This document shows positions 52,001 to 61,073 of a stretch of DNA of 64,000 bases, one piece after another. Position numbers and translations under genes: made by a program. Origin of the DNA: a virus. Lineage: Duplodnaviria; Caudoviricetes. The notes beneath the pieces are model-generated. The model made no database searches, was not told the origin of the DNA, and was given only the letters and a program-made list of their open reading frames with translations. The stretch is from IMG/VR virus record IMGVR_UViG_3300031760_000035, positions 10,959 to 74,958 of that record; one strand, 5' to 3'. The first letter of the stretch is position 1, and each line of letters starts with the position of its first letter.

Positions 52001-53947
52001 GCTTGCGAACAGCTCAAGGTCATCGCCGCCAGAGCTTACGGCTTTCTGGATTGTGGAAATTGTGGTACTGATACCTGTAGCTGCCGCCTCGCTGCGTTGT
52101 CCAGTGGAAGCGATGGCAGCAGCCCAGCCGAGGACTTCCGGCGTGGTGAATCCAGCAACGTCGGCAACTGATGAAAGGCGCTGGGCAATCTGCATGATGG
52201 CAGACTCCTGTGCGGGCATGTGGTTGCCGAGGTCAACGAGCGCATCAGCGAAGCCCTGAACGTTTCCCTCGTCCAGGTCGCCCATGACGTTGACGATCTG
52301 GCCCATCTTCAAGGCGATCTCGTCAGCATCAATGTCGGTCGCCACGTCCAGGTTTGCGGCCACCTCTGAGAAATTCTGCAACGCGTCCGCTGAGATGCCG
52401 ACCTGACCGGCGAGCGCTTCCATCTCAAGCATGGTGTCGGCGCTGGTCACGTGGGTCTGGCTGTACTTCATGGCCGCGTCGTAGAGCGCCTTGTACTGCT
52501 CCTCGGTGCCATCGACGGTCTTGCGCATGTCGCGGTATGCGGAGTCGATGTCATCGGAGGCTTGGACGATCTTCTGCCCAGCCTCGCGCATGAGGTCGCC
52601 AATCTCACTCGCTGCGTTTACGGCTGCGGTGGTGACGCCGGGGAATGACGAGCTTTCGAGCGTTTTCAGCTCGGTTTCGACATCCCTTACGGAGGTTTCC
52701 ATCTCCTGTAGCTCGCTGCAAGCCTTGGCGGTGTCGAACCTGTCAAGCGCATCCTGTCTGGCGCGCTTCGCCTCGTCAAGCGCCTCCTCTAGCTTCGAGC
52801 ACCTTTCAGCGGCCTCGTTCAGATCGTCGGGCATGCTGCCCTTGCCAGAGCCATCGACCTCAAGGAGCCGCTGGTAGTGCTTCTGGGCGTTGTCAAGCTC
52901 GCCCTCTAGCTTGCGCAAAGCCGCCTCGGACTCGGAGAACGCCTGCTTGGACTGCTCAAGCTCAAGCGTGACGTTGCCGATGCCGCTGGCTACCTTGTCG
53001 AACCCGGCATCCTTGTAGGAGGCAATCTTCTGCTTTAGCGTCTCGGACTTCTGCTTGGCAATCTCGGTCGCGTCGGCAAGTGCCTTCGCCCTATCGACCG
53101 CAAGCCCGATGTTCTTGGGGTTCTCCCTGAACGCGGCATCGAGACGCCTGAATCTGTCCGTCGCAGTCTCGGTCGCGGCGTTGAGCATCGTCATGCGGGA
53201 GTTGATGCCGTCAAACGCGCCTGACTTGGCGAAGTCTGACGCGGAGTTGATCTCGGCCATGGTGCGGCTGAGTCCGTTGATGTTCGCCTCGGTGACGGTC
53301 GCCTCGACACCCGCGTTGTGCAGGGCCTCGACCATCTTGGCGTCCTCGAACTCGTTGCTCGCCTCAGTCCACGTGTCGCGCAGCTGTTCGAGGTAGTTGA
53401 TCGTGGAGTGGAGCGTCGTGTCGTTCTTCTCGCCCCACGCCTCGACGGCATCCTGATTGCCCTTCGCCCAATCGCGAAGGTTCTTCAACTCGGACTCGTA
53501 CTCGTGCCCGCCCTGCCTGATAGCCTCGGACAGGTTGATGCCGGAAAGCTCCTCGATGCTGTCGGATACGCGCGCGATCTCGTTGGTGAGGGAGTTGTAG
53601 CGCTCCTTGGCGTTCTCTGCCGCAAGAGCAGCGTTCTCCGTCGTGTCAACGAGCTGGCCGAGGGTGGCGCTACTGTCGGACTTGCTGGCCTGTGAACGCA
53701 TCTCCTCGATGGAGCGCTTGAGCGTGTCGAGCTTGGCAGCGGAAGCCGTGGCCTCGTTCGCGATGGCACCAATCTGCGCCTTCACGACGCCGTTGTTGCC
53801 AGGGTCTATCTTCGCGGCCTTCGAGAGCTTCCTGAGTTCGCCTTCGGTCTTGTAGATGACGGAGTTGGCACCGCGCAACGCGCTCGCCAGCCTTGTGGTG
53901 TCGGCACCGATACGGATGGTAAGGCCCTTGTACGCACTAGCGGCCAT
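49064..53947 (-). CDS. Tape measure protein (TP901-like core)
   Basis: 1628 codons, helical, YKGLTIRIGADTT start, Gly/Ala-rich membrane region. Confidence 0.92.
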   Translation of the reverse strand: MAASAYKGLTIRIGADTTRLASALRGANSVIYKTEGELRKLSKAAKIDPGNNGVVKAQIGAIANEATASAAKLDTLKRSIEEMRSQASKSDSSATLGQLVDTTENAALAAENAKERYNSLTNEIARVSDSIEELSGINLSEAIRQGGHEYESELKNLRDWAKGNQDAVEAWGEKNDTTLHSTINYLEQLRDTWTEASNEFEDAKMVEALHNAGVEATVTEANINGLSRTMAEINSASDFAKSGAFDGINSRMTMLNAATETATDRFRRLDAAFRENPKNIGLAVDRAKALADATEIAKQKSETLKQKIASYKDAGFDKVASGIGNVTLELEQSKQAFSESEAALRKLEGELDNAQKHYQRLLEVDGSGKGSMPDDLNEAAERCSKLEEALDEAKRARQDALDRFDTAKACSELQEMETSVRDVETELKTLESSSFPGVTTAAVNAASEIGDLMREAGQKIVQASDDIDSAYRDMRKTVDGTEEQYKALYDAAMKYSQTHVTSADTMLEMEALAGQVGISADALQNFSEVAANLDVATDIDADEIALKMGQIVNVMGDLDEGNVQGFADALVDLGNHMPAQESAIMQIAQRLSSVADVAGFTTPEVLGWAAAIASTGQRSEAAATGISTTISTIQKAVSSGGDDLELFASTAHMSAEEFAASWRDRPTDALRAFIGGIDELGEDSLGRLEDLGIEGVRITQTLLGLSSTVENVDKAIDISQGAWDGFIDGTSGIGAAAEEAERKAKGFSGSLAKLENSAQVLAASFGPALVPYLDAGAAALNALTGFVNSLDDDTRSLAVGVGGLFAAFAVAQPIMTAFGGNFKTMITGSVGGAVKTFVNVKNGIGDLGAAFSLLANGDVATLGEAFATAEGGVSGFGAALSFMLTPVGATVTALGALAALVGGYYVSNMMEAKKHSDDYTEALLGIQSATKDLGRDLATSSKDIKGYGDEWSAARVKMDEYLDTVKNHTEANQSTRDSMNESLGMLSKYQEVIDNAVGKGDKFTGSVGELQWALDGLAEITGETYDINDVLAGSYKDAEGNAIDLKDAIDKLIESKKREAKLNALEDIYSETYKGQMESKLAVDQARKALSDYVDMKRDAAKESGAYTNEVQFTKALKDSDEGYQKRRQDLAELRTAYREYGEQLEMVSKEMSGVADASAYLDGSGYGVREGVMQTNRVMHEALESIMGLSDDGIRGLAQSLEWAGVSEEQFANMSGSAFKQLVDQAGGDIGTLVTLIAEYNDTDFEEKSANVTFDENGWAYINDVHVRWDESAGEWKPVTLKADSSGVSEGIDEAKGEAESAEASIDVTADTSEAEAQAAETKEKIESEPIEQTVTTKQDGDVSTATNGVPSETEVKVIVATDTSALDELNATLEQVQQERPVNVTVTADTSAAGGVIEALASIPEVKPVRIIAKQTGISAAAKNVKALADSAGKMNDTRASFTASGNAATSKTPANNIAALNNAAKGMSNKTASYSAVGNVVSSSTAADRIWNLVNAASNMKSKTITLTTNNVVTQTIRPGRSATGAYIPYDRMPKHAAGIFTRPTLTNIGWVGEDGAELYSGNSLVPLTNRKYSMPYINDISDAVAKKLGDQQQGPSISITVNGVSGPDETADAIERKLRLLGF

Positions 53948-53962
53948 CGGCACCACCCCCTG

Positions 53963-54590
53963 CTAAATCCATTTGCTGTAGTCCTCTGCGGTGGCGTATC
54001 GCACGTCCTCGCTGTCGGAGCTGCTTGCTGACTTGGCTGCTTCCCATGCCTCTGCACGGGACTCGAAGAGCATCCTGCACACGCCCCACGGCATCCGCAG
54101 GGCCTCTGTCCACGACACGCCCATCTTTAGAAGCTCCGTCCAGATGTGCGTGTAGACCAGAAGGATTGGCTCGCTCTTCGCCGGTTTATTTCTCGGAGTC
54201 GGCGGCTCCGGATCGAAACAAGCCCCGCTGGCACTCGTCAAAGACGGTCTGGGAAACCTGCCCCATGTCGATAGAACGCGTCTTTAGGCACCACTGGATG
54301 AACGGGGGAACGGCCTCGTACTTGCGACCGTCCGCCTTGGCGATGGCCTCGGAGGTCTTGAGCATGGCCCAGAAGGCGCGAAGCTCGGCGTTCCAGTTGT
54401 CGATGGTGTAGTCCATGGCGACGAGGTTGCCGTTCTCATCGAAGTTCTGCGCCGCGTTGCGCACGTCGATGCGACCGAACACGTCCTTGATGAGGTCGCG
54501 CTTGAACTCCTGCTCGTAGACCATGAGCGTGTAGGTCGTGGCCTCGTACTCGTGCTGGGTGCCGTTGTTCTCGTAGTCGATAGTGGGCAT
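53963..54590 (-). CDS. Tail assembly chaperone pair (54186-54590 plus frameshift extension to 53963)
   Basis: Between major tail and tape measure genes; overlapping +1 frame; TTT CGA at 54213-54218. Confidence 0.7.
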
Positions 54591-54691
54591 TGCTCTCCTT
54601 CGTCGCTGTAGTTAAGGGGAAAGCGCACAAAGAAAGACCCGCTCCCCCATACGGGAAAGCGGGCCTTCGCTGCATGCGCTGTTCGGTTGGC

Positions 54692-55306
54692 CTAGTTGCC
54701 AGATGCGGGAGCGGCACCGGGGATGATGACCGCGTTCCAGAACTTGTCGAAGGCGTCGTGAGTCTCGCCCTCGTTGGTGCAGTGGGCCTTGAGGACGTTA
54801 ATCGTCTTGGCACTGGTGCCAGTGCCGATGGTGAAGTCGCGGCCCGCTGCGGTGTAGTTGACTGAAACGGTGTCGGGGTTCGTGGAGTCCGTCATGGTGT
54901 TGGAGGACTGCGACGGGGCGGTGAATGTGACGTTGTAGCGGACGCCGCGCATCTTGCCCTCGTTGCCGCTGACCTCGTAGCCGAGGGCGAACGTGGTGCC
55001 GACAGGCTCGGTGTTCTGGATGGTCAGGCCCGAGGTTGCATCAGTCTCGTAGCCGAACATGTCGGCGTACATCTCGGGGGTGATGGCGGCGAACTCGATG
55101 GTGCCCGTCTCCTTGCCAGACGCGCTGAGCGTGGCGTAAACGCCGTCATCGGCATAGAAGTCGTTCTGGGTGGTGTCGGCGTCGGCAGACATGGACACGG
55201 CGCCGGGGATGCGCTTCCAGGGGCCGTAGGTGCCAGCGGTGCCGTTCTCGCCGGGAGTGTACACGGAGTAATGGACTTCCTTGAGTCCGTAAATGACCTT
55301 GCCCAT
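54692..55306 (-). CDS. Major tail protein (phi13-like)
   Basis: KVIYGLKEVHY..IPGAVSMS..FYADDG. Confidence 0.9.
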   Translation of the reverse strand: MGKVIYGLKEVHYSVYTPGENGTAGTYGPWKRIPGAVSMSADADTTQNDFYADDGVYATLSASGKETGTIEFAAITPEMYADMFGYETDATSGLTIQNTEPVGTTFALGYEVSGNEGKMRGVRYNVTFTAPSQSSNTMTDSTNPDTVSVNYTAAGRDFTIGTGTSAKTINVLKAHCTNEGETHDAFDKFWNAVIIPGAAPASGN

Positions 55307-55321
55307 GCTTGGGCCTCCTTA

Positions 55322-56879
55322 TCAGTTGTTTGGGTGGTAGGTGACGCTGTATGAGGTGACCCAGCAGTTCTCTGCGGGGATCCATGACTCGATGCACTTG
55401 TGCGGGCCTATGCCGTCAAGCACTTCCTCGAACCTGTCGCGAACCTCGTCATCGGGTTCCTTCTGGTAGAGGTCGATGTCGTAGCGCTGCATGAGGGCGA
55501 AGTTGCCGTTGTCGGCAAAGAACTCGCCGCCCTTGACGCGCTTGTATGTGAACCAGGGGAGCGGAGGGGCACCGCCTATGGGCCAGCCGACCTTCGTCCC
55601 CTTTAGGCCGCTCTTGAGCAGCGTGGCGTAGACAGTCTCATCAGGCGTCATCGATTGCCCCCTCAACCGCCTCGTCAACCAGCTTCTCGAAGTCCTTGAA
55701 CGCATCCTCTGCGGCAGGCTCGATGTGGACGAACGCCCTTGCGGAGCCGCCGCCCATGAGCGCATGGCCCTTCTCTAGGAGGTGGGCAAGACCGGGCATG
55801 GTCGGCGAACCGATCTCGCCATCGGTCATCTCCCCGCTCTCGGTGAGGATGTGGTGGCGTATCGACCGCGCGTACTTGCCGGTCCTGATGGTCTTGCCAT
55901 ACCATGCGACCTTGCGGCTCTTGCGGCCCGACTTCGTGTAGAGCTGCTTCCGCTTTCCCCAGCCGCCGCGCGAGTAGGACTTGCTCAGGACGGCGCGGGC
56001 GTTCTTCTTCCACGACTTCTCGCCGATGGTGAGCGCCTTTTCGACAGCCGCAGGCATCGCGGCAGAGACTCCCGTTTTGACCTTCCCAAGCAACTGCTCT
56101 AGGGTCGCTCCGAACTGGTCGGCCTCGATGCTGATGTCAGCCACCGTCATCGCCGCCCAAATCGTCAGTCTCGCCCGTGTTGCCGATGCGCTGGCCGATG
56201 GTCAGCGTTCGGTACTCGCCAGCGCCGGAGAGGTAAAGGACCTCGTACTCATCGCCGTTGTAGATGCACTGGTCCTCGCCGTTGTAGTCGATGGAGCGGA
56301 CCTGGATCATGTGCTCGTGGCGCAGGCCAACGTCCATGACGGCGACGCTGCTCTGCGCTCGAACGTCTGCCGAGCGGAGCTGCGCCATAGCCACAAGGCT
56401 CATGGTCATCTCGTTGCAGAAGATTTCGCGTGGCACCCGCTCCCCCTCATGCCAAGCCCCTGCCGCGTCTTGGTACTTCGCGGCAGGGGCAAGGAGGGTT
56501 ACGGTGTTGTTCCAGCGGCTCACGGCTCGTCACCTTCGCCGTCGCCCGCAGGGTCGCCAGTGGAATCCCCTGCGGTCGAATCGTCCGTCGCTGGATACAG
56601 GTACTCGTTCGTCTTGCTGTTGAGCAGGGCGGCGAGCATGAGCCTGTACGACTCAAGGAAGCGCTCGGCCTCGGTGTTGTCGTAGCCGTACTGGCCCTTG
56701 ACGAAGCAGATGACGGCAGACTTGGCGAGCGGGTTCATACCCTCGTCGCTAAGCTCGGAGTCATGCACGCCGCAGCGGCGCATGTCCTCGATGGCCGCGT
56801 CGATCCACATTTGGATTTCGGCGTCGGTCATCGTGCTGGTGACGCGAAGGCAGGCCCTCACATCGTCAAGCATTGCCAT
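55322..56879 (-). CDS. Neck genes: tail terminator 55322-55651, gp10-like 55641-56150, head closure 56137-56523, head-tail connector 56520-56879
   Basis: Conserved order; LAHLLEKGH; MLDDVRACLRV..IDAAI. Confidence 0.78.
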
Positions 56880-56883
56880 TCGT

Positions 56884-57201
56884 CTACTCCTCGGAAAGAA
56901 GTTCGACCAGCCTTGCCTTGGTGGCGCGCTTGGGGATGGCGATGCCATGCTCCTCGCAAGCGGCCACAAGCTCGGCCTTGGTCATTGATGCGTAGTCGGG
57001 CGAAACCTGCTCTGCGGCAGGCTCGCTGTGCTCAGGTTCGGCTGCTGAGGTGGCGACGTGCTCGATGGACACGTAGCCGTCGGGAAGGCGCTTCTCAAGC
57101 TGAGCGGCACGCTTCTCGCTGACCTCGAACACATCGCCCTCGACGCGGCTGCAACGCTCAACCAAGTCGGTGAAGCGTCGAAGGACGGTGACGCGAGCCA
57201 T
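56884..57201 (-). CDS. Small protein with HeH/Rho-N-like C-terminus
   Basis: MTKAELVAACEEHGI..ATKARLVELL. Confidence 0.65.
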   Translation of the reverse strand: MARVTVLRRFTDLVERCSRVEGDVFEVSEKRAAQLEKRLPDGYVSIEHVATSAAEPEHSEPAAEQVSPDYASMTKAELVAACEEHGIAIPKRATKARLVELLSEE

Positions 57202-57203
57202 GA

Positions 57204-58595
57204 TTAGGCACCAACCTTCTTCTTGAGCAGCGCCCAGCCGTACGGGTTGACAACGCGACCGTCAAGGGCGGTGAGCACCTTGGTCTTCTTGGCGTTGTTC
57301 TCGTGGTCATCCCAGGACACGACGGACATGGGCATGCCGGGCTGGGTGTTGATGGTGTACTTCTTGAGGTCGCCGAAGATGCCGAAGATGTCGCCGTCAT
57401 CAGCGTCATCGAAGCTCGGGAGCAGGGTGTCCTCGACAAGGTTGACGGGACGGTTGCGCAGGCGCAGTGGCTCGTCATCGTTGAGCGGGTCGGACTTGTA
57501 GAGCGGCTGGTTGTTATCGTCGCGGAGCAGGTCGATGTGCATGCCCCAAGTGGAGTCGCCGAAGACCCACTCGCCACGGCCACGGTACAGGCGGTTGAAG
57601 CCACCGTAGAGGACGGTGCGCCAGAAGCGCCAATCGTCAACCTGGTCAGCGGTGACCTCGATGATGGTGGCGTTGCCCTTGATGTAGCCGGACTGGCCCT
57701 CGGTGCCCTGACCCTTGAGGCGCGGGTCAACGAGGATGCCGAGCGGCTGGGTGGAGCCGTTGCCGCGCAGGATGGCGGACTCCTTGGCGTTCATGAAGCC
57801 CTCGGCGAGAGCGGGGGCGAGCAGCGCCTTGAAGTTGTCGCGCATGAGGGCGTCGGCCAGCATGGTGCGGGCGAAGCGGGCCTCAAGCTGGTGCCACACG
57901 AACGAGAACGTGGTGCCGTCAGGCTGCTCCTGATAGTCGGAAACCTCGGTGTCGCCGATCCACGAGTAGGTGATTTGCAGGTCGGCCTCGGTGTAGGTCA
58001 GGCCACCCTGGACGTGGACCTCGTTGACCTTGTTGCCGATGTTGCCGTACTCGCGCTCCTCGCGAATGATCTCCTCGTTGAGGGAGTTCGGGATGGCGAC
58101 GTTGGTGGAGAAGGTGTTGGCGAAGTCAGCGACCTCGTTGTAGTCACCGTGGATGCTGATGTTCTGGTTGCGCTCCTGACGGGCCTTGGCGATCATCTCG
58201 GCAGGCATCGGGGCGTGGCGCAGGATGTGCTGCGCGAGGGCGCGACGGTACTCAGCGGAATCGGTGTAGGCCCAAGAGGTCACGTCGCGGACGGTGTGAA
58301 TCTTGGAGCGCTTCTGCTGCGGCTCGGGCTTGGCCTCGGGTTCGTTGGTGGCAACGACGCGGGCAGCGCCGGACTCGACGGCAGCGAGCTTGGTGTTGCG
58401 AAGCTCGGTGGCGGCGTTGCGGCGGTTGGCCTCGGCGAGGATCATGTCGCGCTCGGCGTACAGGGAATCCTCGTCAACGCCCTCGGGCAGCTCGTCAGCG
58501 GTCAGAAGCTCGATAATCTGGTTGCGGCGAGCCTCGAAGGCGTCGGCGTCCAGGGCGCGATACTGGGTCGCGTCGTAAGGGATGAACTCGTCCAT
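57204..58595 (-). CDS. Major capsid protein (HK97 fold)
   Basis: 463 aa, N-terminal delta-like helix, ILRGNGSTQPLGIL, LDGRVVNP. Confidence 0.9.
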   Translation of the reverse strand: MDEFIPYDATQYRALDADAFEARRNQIIELLTADELPEGVDEDSLYAERDMILAEANRRNAATELRNTKLAAVESGAARVVATNEPEAKPEPQQKRSKIHTVRDVTSWAYTDSAEYRRALAQHILRHAPMPAEMIAKARQERNQNISIHGDYNEVADFANTFSTNVAIPNSLNEEIIREEREYGNIGNKVNEVHVQGGLTYTEADLQITYSWIGDTEVSDYQEQPDGTTFSFVWHQLEARFARTMLADALMRDNFKALLAPALAEGFMNAKESAILRGNGSTQPLGILVDPRLKGQGTEGQSGYIKGNATIIEVTADQVDDWRFWRTVLYGGFNRLYRGRGEWVFGDSTWGMHIDLLRDDNNQPLYKSDPLNDDEPLRLRNRPVNLVEDTLLPSFDDADDGDIFGIFGDLKKYTINTQPGMPMSVVSWDDHENNAKKTKVLTALDGRVVNPYGWALLKKKVGA

Positions 58596-58629
58596 GAGTC
58601 CGCTCCTTCCTTTTCGGTTGTAGCTTTGG

Positions 58630-59268
58630 TTAGCGGAGCCTGATAAGCTCCAACGCAGCAGCGGCCTTGGCCCTCTTTGCCTTGGCTGCTTCTAGCTCTG
58701 CACGTTGCAGCGCCTCCCGCTGCGTACGCCTCTCCTCGATCACTCCGTCAAGGTAGGAACGTGCATGTATCTCAGTGTTCGGGTTAGCGGGTATTCCCAC
58801 GGCGCTAACGTCGAACAGCTTAGATATGGCCGTGATGCGGGACGTTCTGGTTTCCTCGTCCCACTCCATGCCGTCGCTGGCGATGATGAAGCCGAAGCTC
58901 ATCTGGTCAACGAGTCCGTTGGTAATCGACTCGTAGAGGTCGCGACCACGCTGCGAACCGCCAAGGTACGCCTCGCACATGCCGCCGTGGTCATCGAACG
59001 AGATGGACAGCGAGCCGTTCTTGCTGCGTGCCATAACGTCGCCCTCGTGGTCGTACTGGAAGATGATGTCGCTGAGGTCGCACCCAGCGAAGGCGTCCCT
59101 CCCGATGACCTCGTAGATGGGCTTGCCGTCCCAGTCCTCCATGAGCCAGTAGGGCTGCTCGAACGTGGTGAAGTATCCGCGCACGGTGTAGGGCTTGGAC
59201 TCGTCCTCGACCCGCTGGAAGTTCACGGCGTCAAAGCTGCGATACTCACGATTGTTCTTGACGGGCAT
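58630..59268 (-). CDS. HK97-family prohead protease
   Basis: VRGYFTTF, FQYDH, MSFGF, DVSAVGIPANP. Confidence 0.92.
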   Translation of the reverse strand: MPVKNNREYRSFDAVNFQRVEDESKPYTVRGYFTTFEQPYWLMEDWDGKPIYEVIGRDAFAGCDLSDIIFQYDHEGDVMARSKNGSLSISFDDHGGMCEAYLGGSQRGRDLYESITNGLVDQMSFGFIIASDGMEWDEETRTSRITAISKLFDVSAVGIPANPNTEIHARSYLDGVIEERRTQREALQRAELEAAKAKRAKAAAALELIRLR

Positions 59269-59313
59269 CTCAGCTCCCCTCATATGAAGAAGGCCCCTTG
59301 CGGGGCCTCTTGT

Positions 59314-60597
59314 CTATTCGTCAACGGTCAGGTCGCCATGCCCGTCCGTGTCGTTGTATTCCTGCTCGTCGCCGCCGAGGTCGAAGTCCGACTCCTTGAC
59401 CGAGCCTGTGAGCCTGCTGCCCTGAACGACGCCGCCCATTAGGCTCTGAGCGCCGTTAGCGGCCTTGTACTCGCCGCGTGCGATGAGCACGTCGCCACCC
59501 TCGACGGGCGGCAGTTGCAGAATCTCGCGGCCCTCGTTGATGGTCATGATCCCTCGGTCGATCATGTCGCGGACCATGTTGCGCTTGGATGCGTTGGTCG
59601 CGTATTCGAGCTTGGACGAGCTGAACATCACGTAGTTGCCGTGCTTGCGCTCCACCGGCGTGAAGTTGCATTTGGTTATGGCCTCGGAGAGCATGACGGC
59701 GAAAGGCTCGACCTTGCCCTCGTACCACGCGCCGTAGTGCTCCTCGTCGTAGCTGTTCTGTAGGATGTCCTCGTTGATGCCGAAGTAGTCGTACACCTGG
59801 GAGGCCACGCGCTCCATCTCGCCCTCTTCGATGATGTAGCGCGACTCGTCAACCTGCTTGATGTCTTGGAAGGTGTTGTCGTAGACCATGATGCCCGTGT
59901 AGTTTCGGGCGCTCAGGTTGTCGATGTAGAACTGCTCGCGCTTCTTGTTGAGATCGTCGCCGTGGGTCATGCCCGTGATGCGACCGATGAAGCGGATGCG
60001 AGCGCCGTTCTTTACCGCCTGCTCCTCTGCCTGCCTCTGGGAGTCCATGAGCGCGAGGACGGGGTTCATTATGTTGTTGCCAGCACCGAAGAAGTCGGAC
60101 ATGTACTGGAACTTGGTGACTACGGCGCAGCGCGAGAACTCGATAGCCATAACGTCGCCCGTGACCATGTGGAAGATGCACCAAGGCTCGCCCTGGTACT
60201 CCGCTATCTCGGTATAAAGCGGCTTCACGGGGAACAGCGCTACGGTCTTGAGGTCCCTGTCGAGTCCAGGCACGATGAAGAGCGTGGTGTCCATCTCGTA
60301 GATGGTTGCCGCCCTCGCGAGGAAGGCGGGCCACGTCATCAGGTCGTTGGGCCATGTCTCGATCAGCTTCCGCACGTTCGGCTTGCACGTGTCGCTGCCC
60401 ACGAACTCCGGCTTTAGCTTCGAGCACGCCACCGCGAACCGCTCGATGGCCGCGCGGGTCAACGGGTGGTCATACAAAGATCCGTCCCACGTGGCAAACG
60501 TCGGGGCGGATTCAGTGAACGTGGTATATGAGTCGTGGAGGTAGGGCCGCTGCTGATGCTGCTGAACCTGCGGGAAATATTTAGACAATACTCCCAT
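59314..60597 (-). CDS. Portal protein (HK97 family)
   Basis: AIERFAVACSKL, WPNDLMT, GIMTINEGREILQLPPVEGGD. Confidence 0.92.
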   Translation of the reverse strand: MGVLSKYFPQVQQHQQRPYLHDSYTTFTESAPTFATWDGSLYDHPLTRAAIERFAVACSKLKPEFVGSDTCKPNVRKLIETWPNDLMTWPAFLARAATIYEMDTTLFIVPGLDRDLKTVALFPVKPLYTEIAEYQGEPWCIFHMVTGDVMAIEFSRCAVVTKFQYMSDFFGAGNNIMNPVLALMDSQRQAEEQAVKNGARIRFIGRITGMTHGDDLNKKREQFYIDNLSARNYTGIMVYDNTFQDIKQVDESRYIIEEGEMERVASQVYDYFGINEDILQNSYDEEHYGAWYEGKVEPFAVMLSEAITKCNFTPVERKHGNYVMFSSSKLEYATNASKRNMVRDMIDRGIMTINEGREILQLPPVEGGDVLIARGEYKAANGAQSLMGGVVQGSRLTGSVKESDFDLGGDEQEYNDTDGHGDLTVDE

Positions 60598-60604
60598 GGC
60601 ACAT

Positions 60605-60660
60605 ACTATATATTGTATGTGCCCATTTGTCAAGTGTCATTCAGACACAATATGTTGTGT
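60605..60660 (-). promoter_or_regulatory. Sigma70-type promoter TTGACA-17-TATAGT with upstream operator ACACAACATATTGTGT
   Basis: -35 at 60628-60633, -10 at 60605-60610, portal ATG 7 nt downstream, operator at 60645-60660. Confidence 0.75.
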
Positions 60661-61014
60661 TTCGCACAGAAGTTTGGGTGGCACGCGGATTTGTGTGGAA
60701 GAACAGTCGTTCGGTGAGCGGTACCATCAAAACTGCTACAATCTACCCATCAGCTATCTAACAAGGAAGTCTGTCTGGGCGAACCTGAGAGTCCTTCAAT
60801 AGTAACTCAGGGGTTCAAGTCCAACTCACTAGTCAATGCACCTCTACCTTTGCTTTAACTCTTGTTGACTAGATACATTCTCTTTCTTGCTTCTTCTTTC
60901 TCTTAAACGCCCCGTGAACGACTGGGGAAACTGCCAACATTTCAACATCGGGCCTGCGAAAACTCGTAGAAACCGCAGGTCACAAGGACATTGTTGAAAA
61001 GCATAACAACTCGG

Positions 61015-61050
61015 CAAAAAAGAGGGGAGCCTTGCAGAAACGGCTCCCCT
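61015..61050 (-). terminator. Intrinsic terminator after terL
   Basis: AGGGGAGCC...GGCTCCCCT followed by CTTTTTT. Confidence 0.7.
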
Positions 61051-61073
61051 TCGTTCGTCGCTGTAGTAAGGGC

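Noticed and set aside
57303-59442. Long plus-strand ORFs opposite capsid/protease, and similar ones elsewhere
   Set aside because: Antisense shadows of GC3-biased minus-strand genes, with no motifs or SD
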